A stretch of DNA of 38,219 nt from Acidimicrobiales bacterium (lineage in GTDB: Bacteria; Actinomycetota; Acidimicrobiia; Acidimicrobiales; CADCSY01), in contig JBPCJK010000064.1 in NCBI GenBank assembly GCA_051005375.1, forward strand, positions 1 through 38,219, read 5' to 3'. Of the stretch, positions 18,129 through 29,064 are shown one piece after another (within the stretch, counting starts at the first letter, position 1; the number at the start of each line of letters is the position of its first letter). The notes beneath the pieces are model-generated. The model did no database searches. It saw only the letters and a list, made by a program, of their open reading frames with translations, and was not told the origin of the DNA. Both the position numbers and the translations under genes were made by a program.

Positions 18129-18182
18129 CCGTTCTGGCAGCACCAGTGGCTGCCTTTCCGACCGTTCCTGCTGCCAGAACGG
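18129..18182. repeat. Perfect 14-bp inverted repeat (REP-like element or bidirectional terminator)
   Basis: CCGTTCTGGCAGCA (18129-18142) / TGCTGCCAGAACGG (18169-18182), between convergent genes. Confidence 0.7.
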
Positions 18183-18208
18183 TTGGGAGACGCCCTTCGA
18201 CGCACCGC

Positions 18209-19219
18209 CTATCGGTGACGAGCCCGGCTGGGTTGCACCCGACGGGGCTCCCCGACCTGCTTGGCGAAGTTCGGGGGCCAGGGGGCGTCACCCATCCCGT
18301 CGGCCTCGTCGCGCGCCGCCAGGTCGAGCAATGCCTCCAGCGAGTAGGCCACCTCGTCGATGCCCGCACCGAGGTCGCCCCGCTCGGCGTACCGAGCCGG
18401 GACCGTGGCCAGGGTCAACTGGGCCGGGTCGACGGTCGCCACCTCGTCCCAGGTCAGCGGGCACGACACCCGCCCTTCGGGGTTGGCCCTCACCGAGTAC
18501 GCCGACGCCACCGTGCGGTCTCGGGCGTTCTGGTTGTAGTCGATGAACACCCGGTCGCCCCGCTCCTCCTTCCACCACTTGGAGGTGGCCAGGTCGGGGA
18601 GGCGGCGTTCGATCTCCCGGGCCAGGGCCAGGGCGGCACGGCGCACCGCCAGGAAGTCCCACCGGGGCTCGATGCGCACGTTGACGTGGATCCCCCGGCT
18701 CCCCGAGGTCTTGGGCCAGCCCACCAGGCCCCCCTGCTCGGCCAACACCTGGCGCGCCTCCAGGGCCACCCTGCGCACGGCGTCGAAGGGGACGCCGGGC
18801 TGGGGGTCGAGGTCGATGCGCAGCTCGTCGGGATGGTCGACGTCGCTCCTGCGCACGGCCCAGGGGTTGAGGTCGAGGCAGCCGGCGTTGGCGGCCCATG
18901 CCAGGTGGGCCACGTCGGTGGGGCAGAGCTCCTCGGCACTGCGCCCGCTCGGGAAGGTCACCGTGACCGTCTCCAGCCAGTCGGGTCGTGACGCCGGCAC
19001 CCGCTTCTGGTAGAAGAACTCGCCCTCAGCCCCGTTGGGGTAACGCTTGAGGACGGTGGGCCGCTCCCGCACTCCCCGCAGCGCCCCCTGCCCCACCGCC
19101 AGGTAGTAGTTGACCAGGTCGAGCTTGGTCTCCCCCCGGGCCGAGAAGAAGACCTTGGAGGGGTTGGTCACCGTCATGACCCGCCCGTCGACCTCGACCT
19201 CGACGGTCTCCTTGGCCAT
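18209..19219 (-). CDS. Stand-alone AEP primase-polymerase (Prim-PolC, LigD PolDom-like)
   Basis: TNPSKVFF, TKLDL, FYQK, ELRIDLDPQPG, KTSGSRGIH, WWKEERG, DYNQNARDRT. Confidence 0.92.
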   Translation of the reverse strand: MAKETVEVEVDGRVMTVTNPSKVFFSARGETKLDLVNYYLAVGQGALRGVRERPTVLKRYPNGAEGEFFYQKRVPASRPDWLETVTVTFPSGRSAEELCPTDVAHLAWAANAGCLDLNPWAVRRSDVDHPDELRIDLDPQPGVPFDAVRRVALEARQVLAEQGGLVGWPKTSGSRGIHVNVRIEPRWDFLAVRRAALALAREIERRLPDLATSKWWKEERGDRVFIDYNQNARDRTVASAYSVRANPEGRVSCPLTWDEVATVDPAQLTLATVPARYAERGDLGAGIDEVAYSLEALLDLAARDEADGMGDAPWPPNFAKQVGEPRRVQPSRARHR

Positions 19220-19222
19220 GGT

Positions 19223-20242
19223 TCAGCAAACCGCGGGTTGTAGGGCAGCACCGTTCGAGGCCGTGCCCTCAAAGGCCGCCACCTTCACCCCACGACGGGC
19301 CAGCTCTCGGAGGAAGGACGGTGGATCGGCCAGTTCGGCCAGGCCGGCGGCGCCCGGTCGCGCCAAGGCACCCGTGCCGGCGGCGACCGCCGCCACTGCG
19401 GCGACGGCCCCGGCGGCGACAGCCGGGCGGTCGACGGCACCGAGCACGGTGGCGTCGTAGACCCCGTCGCGATACCCTCGGACCTCCACCCGCACGGCGC
19501 CCAGGCGGTCGTCGTGACCAGCCCTGCCCAAGCCGGGCAACTTGGCGCTGAGGCGGTAACCGGGGCTGGCGCTCACCCGGGCGGTGACCCTGCCGACTCC
19601 GGCGAAGGCCGGTACCAGCACCAGGGCGTCGGGCGCCCGCGCCCGGTAGCAGTCCTTGGCGCCAACGGGCTCGGGGAACCAGCACAGCTCCCGACCCGAC
19701 CCTGCCCGGCGGCGAACCCACACCCCGTCACGCCAGTCGAGCGACCGGCCCCGCATCGCTTCCAGATAGGCCCGGCCCCGGGAGTAGCTGGCTGTTCCCG
19801 TCTTGGCCACGTGGATCTCGTCGACCTGGTCGAACCCGGAGGCGGCGTGGCGGGCCATCAAGCAGCTGAGCCCAGGGGCGAAGCCGGCTCCGACCACGAC
19901 CGAGCACTGCCGCTCCCGGGCTTGCCCGTCGAGGGCGAGCAGACCTCGCACGTCGGCCACGTCGTCGGAGACCGACACCACCGAGACGCACTCCGTCAGG
20001 ATGCGCTCGGCCATGGCCGGGTGGTGGCCGGCCGCCGCCGCCAGCACGGCCACGTCTGCGCCCTGCCACCAGCGCTCGGCGCCGACGGCCCGAACCCGGC
20101 CCCGCTCGGCCACCGCGATGGCCACCCGGCTGGCTCGGTCGTCGTCGTCGGCGAGGGCGACGGTGGCCACCTGGGACGACGAGGCCAACTGGCGGACCAC
20201 GTTGGCGCCAACAGCTCCGGCTCCCAACACCGCAACGTCCAC
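19223..20242 (-). CDS. NAD(P)-dependent oxidoreductase (saccharopine dehydrogenase-like)
   Basis: Rossmann motif VAVLGAGAVG, GAGFAPGLS, FPEPVG. Confidence 0.75.
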   Translation of the reverse strand: MDVAVLGAGAVGANVVRQLASSSQVATVALADDDDRASRVAIAVAERGRVRAVGAERWWQGADVAVLAAAAGHHPAMAERILTECVSVVSVSDDVADVRGLLALDGQARERQCSVVVGAGFAPGLSCLMARHAASGFDQVDEIHVAKTGTASYSRGRAYLEAMRGRSLDWRDGVWVRRRAGSGRELCWFPEPVGAKDCYRARAPDALVLVPAFAGVGRVTARVSASPGYRLSAKLPGLGRAGHDDRLGAVRVEVRGYRDGVYDATVLGAVDRPAVAAGAVAAVAAVAAGTGALARPGAAGLAELADPPSFLRELARRGVKVAAFEGTASNGAALQPAVC

Positions 20243-20253
20243 CGTCGTGGGAC

Positions 20254-20391
20254 TTAGCGGAAGTCGGGGCCGGTCAGCTCCCGCCAGCCGCCCTTCTGGG
20301 GAGGGACCCCGCCGGTGCCCCGCAGGCGCAGGACGGCGGCCACCACGCCGGAGACACCGAGGGCGAGAAGGGCGCGTCGGAACATGCTCAT
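20254..20391 (-). CDS. Small single-TM protein (43-45 aa), positional analogue of the DLW-39 family
   Basis: (MS)MFRRALLALGVSGVVAAVLRLRGTGGVPPQKGGWRELTGPDFR, immediately downstream of a tRNA-Ile 3' remnant. Confidence 0.6.
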   Translation of the reverse strand: MSMFRRALLALGVSGVVAAVLRLRGTGGVPPQKGGWRELTGPDFR

Positions 20392-20393
20392 AG

Positions 20394-20420
20394 GTGGGGC
20401 GGGCAAGAATCGAACTTGCG
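20394..20420 (-). repeat. Degenerate tRNA-Ile 3'-end fragment (att-like)
   Basis: T-arm GCAAG-TTCGATT-CTTGC plus the acceptor strand; 25/27 identical to 37986-38012. Confidence 0.75.
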
Positions 20421-20558
20421 CCTGAGCGACCAAGGCCCCCATGACCTGTGGCGTTCCTAGTCCACAGGCGACCTTTCGCAAGCTACCAGGCGGTCCCGTG
20501 TTGGCGCCGGATGGGCGGCCGCGGTCCATCGGTCCGAAGGACCTACCTGTGCACAAGC

Positions 20559-20592
20559 TGTGGATCAGTCTTCCGCGGAAGACTCATCCACA
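20559..20592. repeat. 34-bp near-perfect palindrome
   Basis: TGTGGATCAGTCTTCCGCGGAAGACTCATCCACA, one mismatch. Confidence 0.8.
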
Positions 20593-20613
20593 AGCAGCGG
20601 TGAAGGTGGGCGG

Positions 20614-20940
20614 TCAGTTCGTGCAGTCGACGGCGACCTCGAGGGCTGCGCACACCTCGCTCATCCGGTCCCGACTGAGGGAGCCAAGTCGGTCGACGAG
20701 GACGGCGATCGACACGCTCTCGACGGAATCAAGGTTTATGGCAGTGCGTCGAGGCACGGGATCGTCGGCCGGCTCCAGGACGACCTCGCTCGGAAGGCCC
20801 CGAAGGGTGGTCGTGCACGGCGCGATGAGCGTACGGCGGAGCCGGGGGATGGCCGAGTCCCGCGACAGGACCAGCACCGGTCGCCGTCCGATGTCGGGCA
20901 GCTCGCACCACCACAGCTCGCCGCGGTGGGGAGTCGTCAT
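20614..20940 (-). CDS. mazF: PemK/MazF-family toxin
   Basis: RGELWW, RRPVLVLSRD, APCTTT, AINLDSV. Confidence 0.92.
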   Translation of the reverse strand: MTTPHRGELWWCELPDIGRRPVLVLSRDSAIPRLRRTLIAPCTTTLRGLPSEVVLEPADDPVPRRTAINLDSVESVSIAVLVDRLGSLSRDRMSEVCAALEVAVDCTN

Positions 20941-21176
20941 CACGTTGCCGCCGCCGCGGAGCGGAACGACGCCAGGTCGCCCCAATCATCGGCCTCGTCA
21001 ATGGGGTGGTCGTCGTAGGCCGTGTAGGCGGCGTCGACCTCGGCCCTGCGGTGGCGGGACAACAGCGCCCGAAGGGCGTCGTCGAGCAGCGAGGCATCGG
21101 TGGTGCCGGTATGGATGCCACGAGCCTGCGCCAGCAAGGACTCGTCAACCGTCGTGCTGACCCGAACCCGTGCCAT
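20940..21176 (-). CDS. RHH-type antitoxin (MazE-like)
   Basis: [15 protein letters not shown]...[12 protein letters not shown]; TGATG coupling to the toxin; TGCCATGGC(A) palindromes at 21171-21180 and 21198-21206. Confidence 0.85.
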   Translation of the reverse strand: MARVRVSTTVDESLLAQARGIHTGTTDASLLDDALRALLSRHRRAEVDAAYTAYDDHPIDEADDWGDLASFRSAAAAT

Positions 21177-21318
21177 GGCACAACTCTGCCACGTACATGC
21201 CATGGCGGCAAGCCCGGGGAACCTGCCCTCAAACGCCGCTGGGGACACGCCCGGGTGCCGGTAACCGGCGACGTTCACGCAGGCGCCCGCAAGCGTTTCG
21301 CGATACGATACTTCGCAC

Positions 21319-21570
21319 GTGGAGATCTACGCCTCGGCCCGAAAGCACGGCATCGGCGACGTCGACATCGATCACGCCATCGAACATGCCCTGGTCTCGG
21401 GTGACCAAGACGACGGGAAGGTCCTCCATCTTGGACCCGACCGCGCTGGGAACCTCCTCGAGATCGTGTCGGTGCTCCGAGACGACGGGACCGAGATCGT
21501 GATCCACGCGATGCGGATGCGCCGCGTCTACCAGTCGTTCCTCGCGGAGCAAGGAGATGCAGATGGCTGA
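21319..21570 (+). CDS. Putative RelE/BrnT-like toxin
   Basis: SARKHGI...[11 protein letters not shown]...VIHAM pattern, upstream of an RHH gene. Confidence 0.75.
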   Translation: MEIYASARKHGIGDVDIDHAIEHALVSGDQDDGKVLHLGPDRAGNLLEIVSVLRDDGTEIVIHAMRMRRVYQSFLAEQGDADG

Positions 21571-21841
21571 CAAGAGGTCTTACGGACGATCCCGGTCCGG
21601 CGTCGAACTTACCGACGAAGTGCTGGAGCAGATGGCCCAGGAGGCCGAAGCTGGCTTGGACGTTTCCAGACTGCGCCGCCGGCCGGGTCGGCCCACCATG
21701 GGCTCGGGCCCGGCCCAGGCTCTTCCGGTACGCCTCGACCCCGAATTGCGCCAGGCCCTAGATGATCGTGCCGTAAAGGAGCACACCACCGCCTCCGACG
21801 TCGTTCGCCAGGCCCTCCGTCGCTACCTCAGAGCGGGCTGA
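21563..21841 (+). CDS. CopG/RHH antitoxin
   Basis: GRP...VRLDPEL...TTASDVVRQALRRYL; AAGGAG RBS at 21551-21556. Confidence 0.8.
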   Translation: MADKRSYGRSRSGVELTDEVLEQMAQEAEAGLDVSRLRRRPGRPTMGSGPAQALPVRLDPELRQALDDRAVKEHTTASDVVRQALRRYLRAG

Positions 21842-21911
21842 CAGGCAAGGCATCGCGGTAACTCGACGGCAAGCCGCGGCGCCTGCCGACATGGCCGGTA
21901 GATGCGCTCTC

Positions 21912-22034
21912 ATGGTGATCCTTGGCGAGTTCCTGTACCGCCGCGACGACTTGGTGTCGCAGTTCCTCGCCCAGATAGAGGGTGGTGTCTACGACGAAGA
22001 ACACATCAACGAGCGGGACGAGTCGACGTCGTAG
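21912..22034 (+). pseudogene. Truncated N-terminus resembling the DUF6414 family
   Basis: MVILGEFLYRRDDLVSQFLAQIEGGVYDEEHINERDESTS*; collides with the 3' end of mod. Confidence 0.45.
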
Positions 22035-25000
22035 ACCTGCAGGACCTCGTCACCGTAGTGGTTGATGACCTTGATGGCGATCTTGCCCGTCTCTGGGGTC
22101 GGGAACGGGCGGCTCACGGTCGAGTACAGGCTCGCCCATGCGTTTTCGTCGATGTCGGCCCGCAGGGCGCGCCGGAGCTGGCCGTAGGGGTCGTTGCCGC
22201 CGGTGAAGTAGGCGTGGCGGACGAAGAAGCTCTCGCCGTTGTAGTTGGAGTCGACGAACCAGCAGGCGATGTCGTCGGTCGAACGGAGCGGACTTCGCCG
22301 GTGGTGGGGTCGTAGACGTCCACCCCGCGCACCTCGACCTCGAGCTCGTCGCCCGCGGAGCGGATGTCGACGTCGGGCTCGCCGAAGACCATGAACAGGT
22401 TGCCGGCACCGGTCTTCTTGAGCAGATCGCCGCCCATGGCCAGGTCGGGGTTCATCCGGACCAGGAGCACGCGGAGCCTGCCCAAACGGCGCTCCTCGGC
22501 GGCGACGGCGAACCCGTTCCCTGTAGGGGCGAACTCGCGAGCCGTCTCGCCCGAGTGGGGATCGAAGGCGAACCCGCACACCACCAGCAGGTCGAAGCCG
22601 GCGCCGCGCATGGCCTCCTTGGCCGCCTCCTTGACGTGGTCGGACCCGACGGTGCCGTGCTCGGGCCCGAGGCTGACCGCCACCCGGCGGGCCTCGCCGT
22701 CGGCGTCGGTGAACTCGCCCTCGGCCTGCACCCATGTCCCAGCGAAGAGGTCGAGCCGGTCGAAGCCGATGTCCTCGCCCTTGAAGGTGTTGTGCACCCC
22801 GGCCTTGCGGAGGTTGTCAAGAATGGTCTGCTCGAACGACGGCGACTCCGCGTCCGCTGCCGCCGCCACCTCAGTGCCTGTCGGCGGTGGGCGCTCGGCG
22901 TCCAGCACCCGGTGGGGCGACAGGCTCTCCGACGTGAACCGGCCGGTTACCCGCACCTTCTTGCCGTCCGCGTAGGGCTGGTCGACGAGGATCTCGCTCT
23001 CGGAATGAAGATCGATGGCGGTCTCGATTTGGTCCCGGCTCATGCGCTCGACGATGTCAGGGTTCTGGGCGATCGACTTGAGCGTGACGTGCGGCACCCG
23101 CTTGTAGACGAAGCCCTTGCGAACGTCGCCGCCGTACCCGTTGCCGACCGGCGGACGGCCGGTGACCTCCGCCTCCTTGGCCGCGCCCTCGGACGAGTCA
23201 GCGAGCAGGTAGTAGGGGAAGCGGGCACACATCAACCGGGTACGCGCGAGTGCCAGCGCGACCCGGCTGGTGTCGATGGTGATCCAGCGCCGGCCCCACT
23301 GCTCTGCCACGTAGGCAGTGGTGCCGGACCCGCAGGTGGGATCCAGTACCAGGTCACCCGGATCGGTAGTCATCAGCATGCAGCGTTGGATGACCTTCGT
23401 GTTGGTCTGAACAATGTATGTCTTGGCTTCCGTAAATGATCCCGTTCCGACATCAGTCCATATGTTGTTCAAGGGTAAGGCGGCGAAGTCGTCAAGGAAG
23501 CGCACGTACTGCAGGGTGGCATTGCGCGTGACGAAGAGGCGTCCGGCGAGGCGGAGTCGTTCCATCCCGTTCTTGTTAGTCTTCCATCCACCCCGACCAG
23601 GCCGAATCGTCCTTCCCTCGATCTCAACGGGAAACTGTGCGCTCTCTGGTGAGCTCTGGCTGGTCAGGTTGTCTGGGCGAAACAATCGGGCACCCGTCGG
23701 GAGAAGTGCTGGATCACGTAGCTCCCCGACGGTCGCCGGCCGATCACCATCAACCGGGTGGTGCACTCGCCGGTACAGCTCGGCGCCGGCGTCACCGATC
23801 TCCTTTCGCAGGTAGAGCTGGCGGTACTTGAGTTGGCCCACGTCCCGTGCGTACCAGAGGAGGTAGTCGTGGACATGCGCGAGAGTCACCGTCCCGCCCG
23901 AAGGACTCCCGGCGCCGCTCGTCGTCTTGATCGCTATCTGAGCTACGAAGTTCTCACTCCCGAACACCTCGTCCATCACGCTTCGCACCAGGTGGACGTT
24001 CTCGTCGCCGATCTGCACGAAGCAGGAACCCGACTCGGTGAGCAGCTCCCGTGCGACCGTCAGGCGGTCACGGAGGTAGGCGAGGTAGGAGTGGATGCCG
24101 AGCTCCCAAGTGTCGCGGAACGCCTTGATCTGCTCGGGCTGGCGGGTGACGTCGACGTGCTCGTGCTTGAACTCCTCGATCTCCACGGCGGCCGCCGCTT
24201 TGAACTCGGCGCTCATGGCGTCGCCCGACTCGAGCTGGGTGGAGTCCACCAGGACGGTCTTCGGACGCGACGACCACCGGCCGGCCTCCTCGTTGGAGAA
24301 CAGCGCGAGCTTGCCGGGGACGACCACGCTCCCGCCGTCGGCCAGCGCCTTGGCCCAACCGGCCACGTAGTCGAACACCAGCTTGGAGACGTTGGTGTTG
24401 TTGCACACGACGATGAACACCGGAGGCGTGGAGCCGTCGAGGTCGGCGGCGGTCTCCTGCCAACGCCGGAACGACTTCTCGTAGTTGCCGTACAGGCTCT
24501 GTAGCGCGCCTTCCAGCGGGCCGGGGAGGTTCGGCTCCCGCCCGTCGACGGCGTCGGTCTTACGACCCTTCTTGGGCAGGTCGTCGCGGATGCGCGGCCA
24601 CAGCCCCCGGTAGGTGGGCAGCCCTTCGGACTGGGCGGCGTTGTCGTCCACCGGGACCCGGGGGATCTTCACCAGCCCGGCCTCGATGGCGTCGATGAGC
24701 GAGAAGTCCGACACGACCCACTGGAACAGCGTCCCCTCGGGCCAACCCGAGCCCCGCAGGTAGAAGGGCGTCGCCGACAGGTCGTAGACGACCCGGACGC
24801 CGGTCTTGGCCGCCACCGCCTGCAGGCCCGTGACCCACACCCGTGCTTCCTCGTCGCGGCGGGCCGCCTCCCGCTTGTCCTCGCCGCTGAGCGGCGCCAG
24901 CTCGGTGCCGTCGTCGCCGACCCGGCGCCGGTAGCAGTGGTGCGCCTCGTCGTTGATCACCACGATGTTGCGCTTGGTGCCCAGCTCCCGGGTGACCCGG

Positions 25001-25833
25001 CGCACCATCTCCTCGGGCGTCTCGGTGAAGGTGCCCGGGCGCTGGCCGGCCAGCTCCTTGGTGAGCTTGGGCGCTTTCACTTTTTCTCGTAGTTGAAAGG
25101 CGTGGAAGTTGGTGATGAGGATCTTGGCCCGGCCGAGGTCGCCGAGCCGGTCGGCGGGGATGATGTCGCGCTGGCGGTAGTAGTTCTGCGGGTCCGACGG
25201 CAGCAGCACCCGCAGGCGGTCTCGGATGGTGATGCCGGGGGCCACGACCAAGAAGGCGTCGCCGAAGCGGCCGTCCTTGGAGTTGGCCACCTTGTTGAGG
25301 GTGTGCCAGGCGATGAGCATGGCCATGACCACGGTCTTGCCGGTGCCGGTGGCCATCTTGTGGGCGACCCGGAACAGGCCCGGGTTGGCGTCCTCTGCGA
25401 AGGTGCGCAGCTCGTTCTCGATCCACGGATCGCCGAGCTTCTTGGCCGCCTCGGTGAGGTAGATCGCCGTCTCCAGGGCCTCGATCTGGCAGAAGAACAG
25501 CGGCCGCTCCCGCTCGGCGTCGGTCCAGTACTCCAGCAGCGCCCGGGTCGTGGGCGTAACCGCAGGCCAGCCGAGCTCCCGCCACCGGGCCACCCGGTCA
25601 CGGATCTGGTTGATGAGCCGGTTCTCCTCGATGCGGTCGCCGGTCCACTCGTCGAAGACGAGCTGGCCACCATTCTTCTTCGCCTTGGGGATCGGGATGA
25701 AGTACGACGACGGGCGCCGACCGCCGACCACGTTGTCGGTGATGCCCTCGTCGTCGAAGCGGAAGTGGCGCTCCGGCGCGTCGTAGGGCCGGTTCAGGAT
25801 CGGGTTCTCGATGACGATCTGGGGACGAGGCAT
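21989..25833 (-). pseudogene. Type III restriction-modification Res::Mod in-frame fusion, with a frameshift near 22285
   Basis: Res N-terminal half (IENPILN, FFCQ, MATGTGKT, DEAHH) joined at ~24155 to Mod (IKAFRDTWELGIHSYL, DPTCGSGTT); the Mod tail STDDIACWF...KIAIKVINHYGDEVLQVY is in another frame. Confidence 0.85.
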
Positions 25834-25949
25834 GACCGGGTCCAGGCTAGAGAAGGCTGACGGTCGTCGCTGCCATTCGGGCCATGGAGCGGCCCGAACG
25901 GACGGACTCCGTACGTGTGTTGGTCACTGGAAACGGCCGGCGCGGGCCC

Positions 25950-27746
<1,797 letters not shown>

Positions 27747-27825
27747 CGGCTCAGGGTACGGCGGGGATGCGATCGAGGCTGCCGGTGGGGGTGCGGACGT
27801 GGTCGAGGAGCATCGCACGCGGGGG

Positions 27826-28038
27826 TCAGGACGCCGCCGTCCACCCCTTCCGGAAGATCTCGGCCATGAGGGCTCGGGGCAGGATGAGGATGGTTCCCGG
27901 GCGGTCCGGATTCAGCACGAAGAACACTTCGTCGCCGACCTCGGCACCGATGGCATCGAGCAACTCGCCGGGGATGCTCACCTGGTTCTTGGGCGTGACC
28001 TTGCGCGGGCCGCTCGGGAGCATGCCGGGGCCATCCAC
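27826..28038 (-). CDS. AbrB/MazE/SpoVT-family DNA-binding protein
   Basis: KVTPKNQVSIPGELLDAIGAEVGDEVFF; TACGCT -10 box (28050-28045) 6 nt before GTG at 28038. Confidence 0.85.
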   Translation of the reverse strand: MDGPGMLPSGPRKVTPKNQVSIPGELLDAIGAEVGDEVFFVLNPDRPGTILILPRALMAEIFRKGWTAAS

Positions 28039-28047
28039 CACCACAGC

Positions 28048-28075
28048 GTAGGAAGTTTCCTACCATGTGCACATG
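28048..28075. promoter_or_regulatory. Operator-like palindromes in the divergent abrB / DUF5678 promoter region
   Basis: GTAGGAA-gt-TTCCTAC (28048-28063) overlaps the -10 box; CATGTGCACATG at 28064-28075. Confidence 0.55.
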
Positions 28076-28150
28076 TTCTCGAAGTGGCACCGAAAGTTGG
28101 CCGGATTGAGACGGAAGTGGGGCTTGGCCTCCCGGGGGTACGCTTGTGCT

Positions 28151-28372
28151 ATGAGCCCCTACCGGGAACCCCGCGGCATGGAGCCCGTGGACCTCAGCGA
28201 GGCGCTCCGCAACTGCCCGGGCAAGTGGGTGGCTCTCCGCCAGGGGGAGATGGTCGAGGTTCGGGACACGCCCTACGCGCTCGTCCAGGCGCTTCACGAG
28301 AGGGACATCACCGACGCGACAATCATCCGGGCGCCCGAAGTGGGGGAACCGGAGCTCGTCGGACTCGGCTGA
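28151..28372 (+). CDS. DUF5678-like small protein
   Basis: LRNCPGKWVALRQGEMVEVRDTPYALVQAL pattern; TACGCT -10 box (28139-28144) 6 nt before the ATG. Confidence 0.7.
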   Translation: MSPYREPRGMEPVDLSEALRNCPGKWVALRQGEMVEVRDTPYALVQALHERDITDATIIRAPEVGEPELVGLG

Positions 28373-28382
28373 CGCCCCGCCC

Positions 28383-28943
28383 GTGGCCCGGCCAGACTTC
28401 CCCTGGCGGTTTCCCTACGTCATCGAGAAGAACTCAGACCAACACCCATTGGGCCGCACGCTCATGCGCCCGGCGGCCGAGGCCCGGCTCGTGGGCCCCT
28501 TGGGCCAAGGCCAGAAGGTCTTCGCACTCTTCGACTCCGGCTCTGACTACACCCTGGCCGCACCTTGGATGGCGATGGAGGCGGGCATCGACTTGGAATT
28601 GGGCACCGACACGGGTGCAGGTGGGTGGCAAGCCAAGAAGTATCCGGCTGGTTGAGACGACCGTTCGCCTCTGTCCCCCCGCCTATGACCCTGGCGGGCA
28701 CCCTGTGACGACGAGCACTCCCTCAGCTGGACGGCCGAGGTCGGCTTCTTCAAGAACTGGGAAGCGCCGCCATGGCTCTTGATCCTGGGCCAGATCGGCT
28801 TCTTCGACCACTTCACGGTGGTCATGAACCGCCATGCTCAGGCCGTGGCAATCGAGCCTCTTGAGCACTTCGATGACATCTACGGCACGGATCTCCCTCC
28901 AGGGCCGACGCTCATCGACCCGCCAACGTCACGACATGCGTGA
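28383..28943 (+). pseudogene. Retropepsin-like aspartyl protease with two compensating frameshifts
   Basis: RP...ALFDSGSDYTL (frame A); TRVQVGG...TVRL flap region (frame B, ~28610-28703); WTAEVGF...ILGQIGFFDHFTVVM (frame A again). Confidence 0.75.
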
Positions 28944-29064
28944 GGGGGGCGCCTGCACAACAACCTGCGACCGCCCCTCCTCGCCGCTCAGGCCCCGAGG
29001 GCAGGTCTGCACAACGGCCCCGCACGTCCCTCGTCCGCCGCGGGTGTGCTCTCGCCAGGTGGCG

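Noticed and set aside
17004-19219. NHEJ (Ku-LigD) system
   Set aside because: No Ku or phosphoesterase domain; the motifs match LigC and Prim-PolC
22022-24158. GTCGACGT at both Mod-segment junctions as a recombination site
   Set aside because: This 8-mer is frequent throughout the window (Val-Asp-Val codons), so chance is a sufficient explanation
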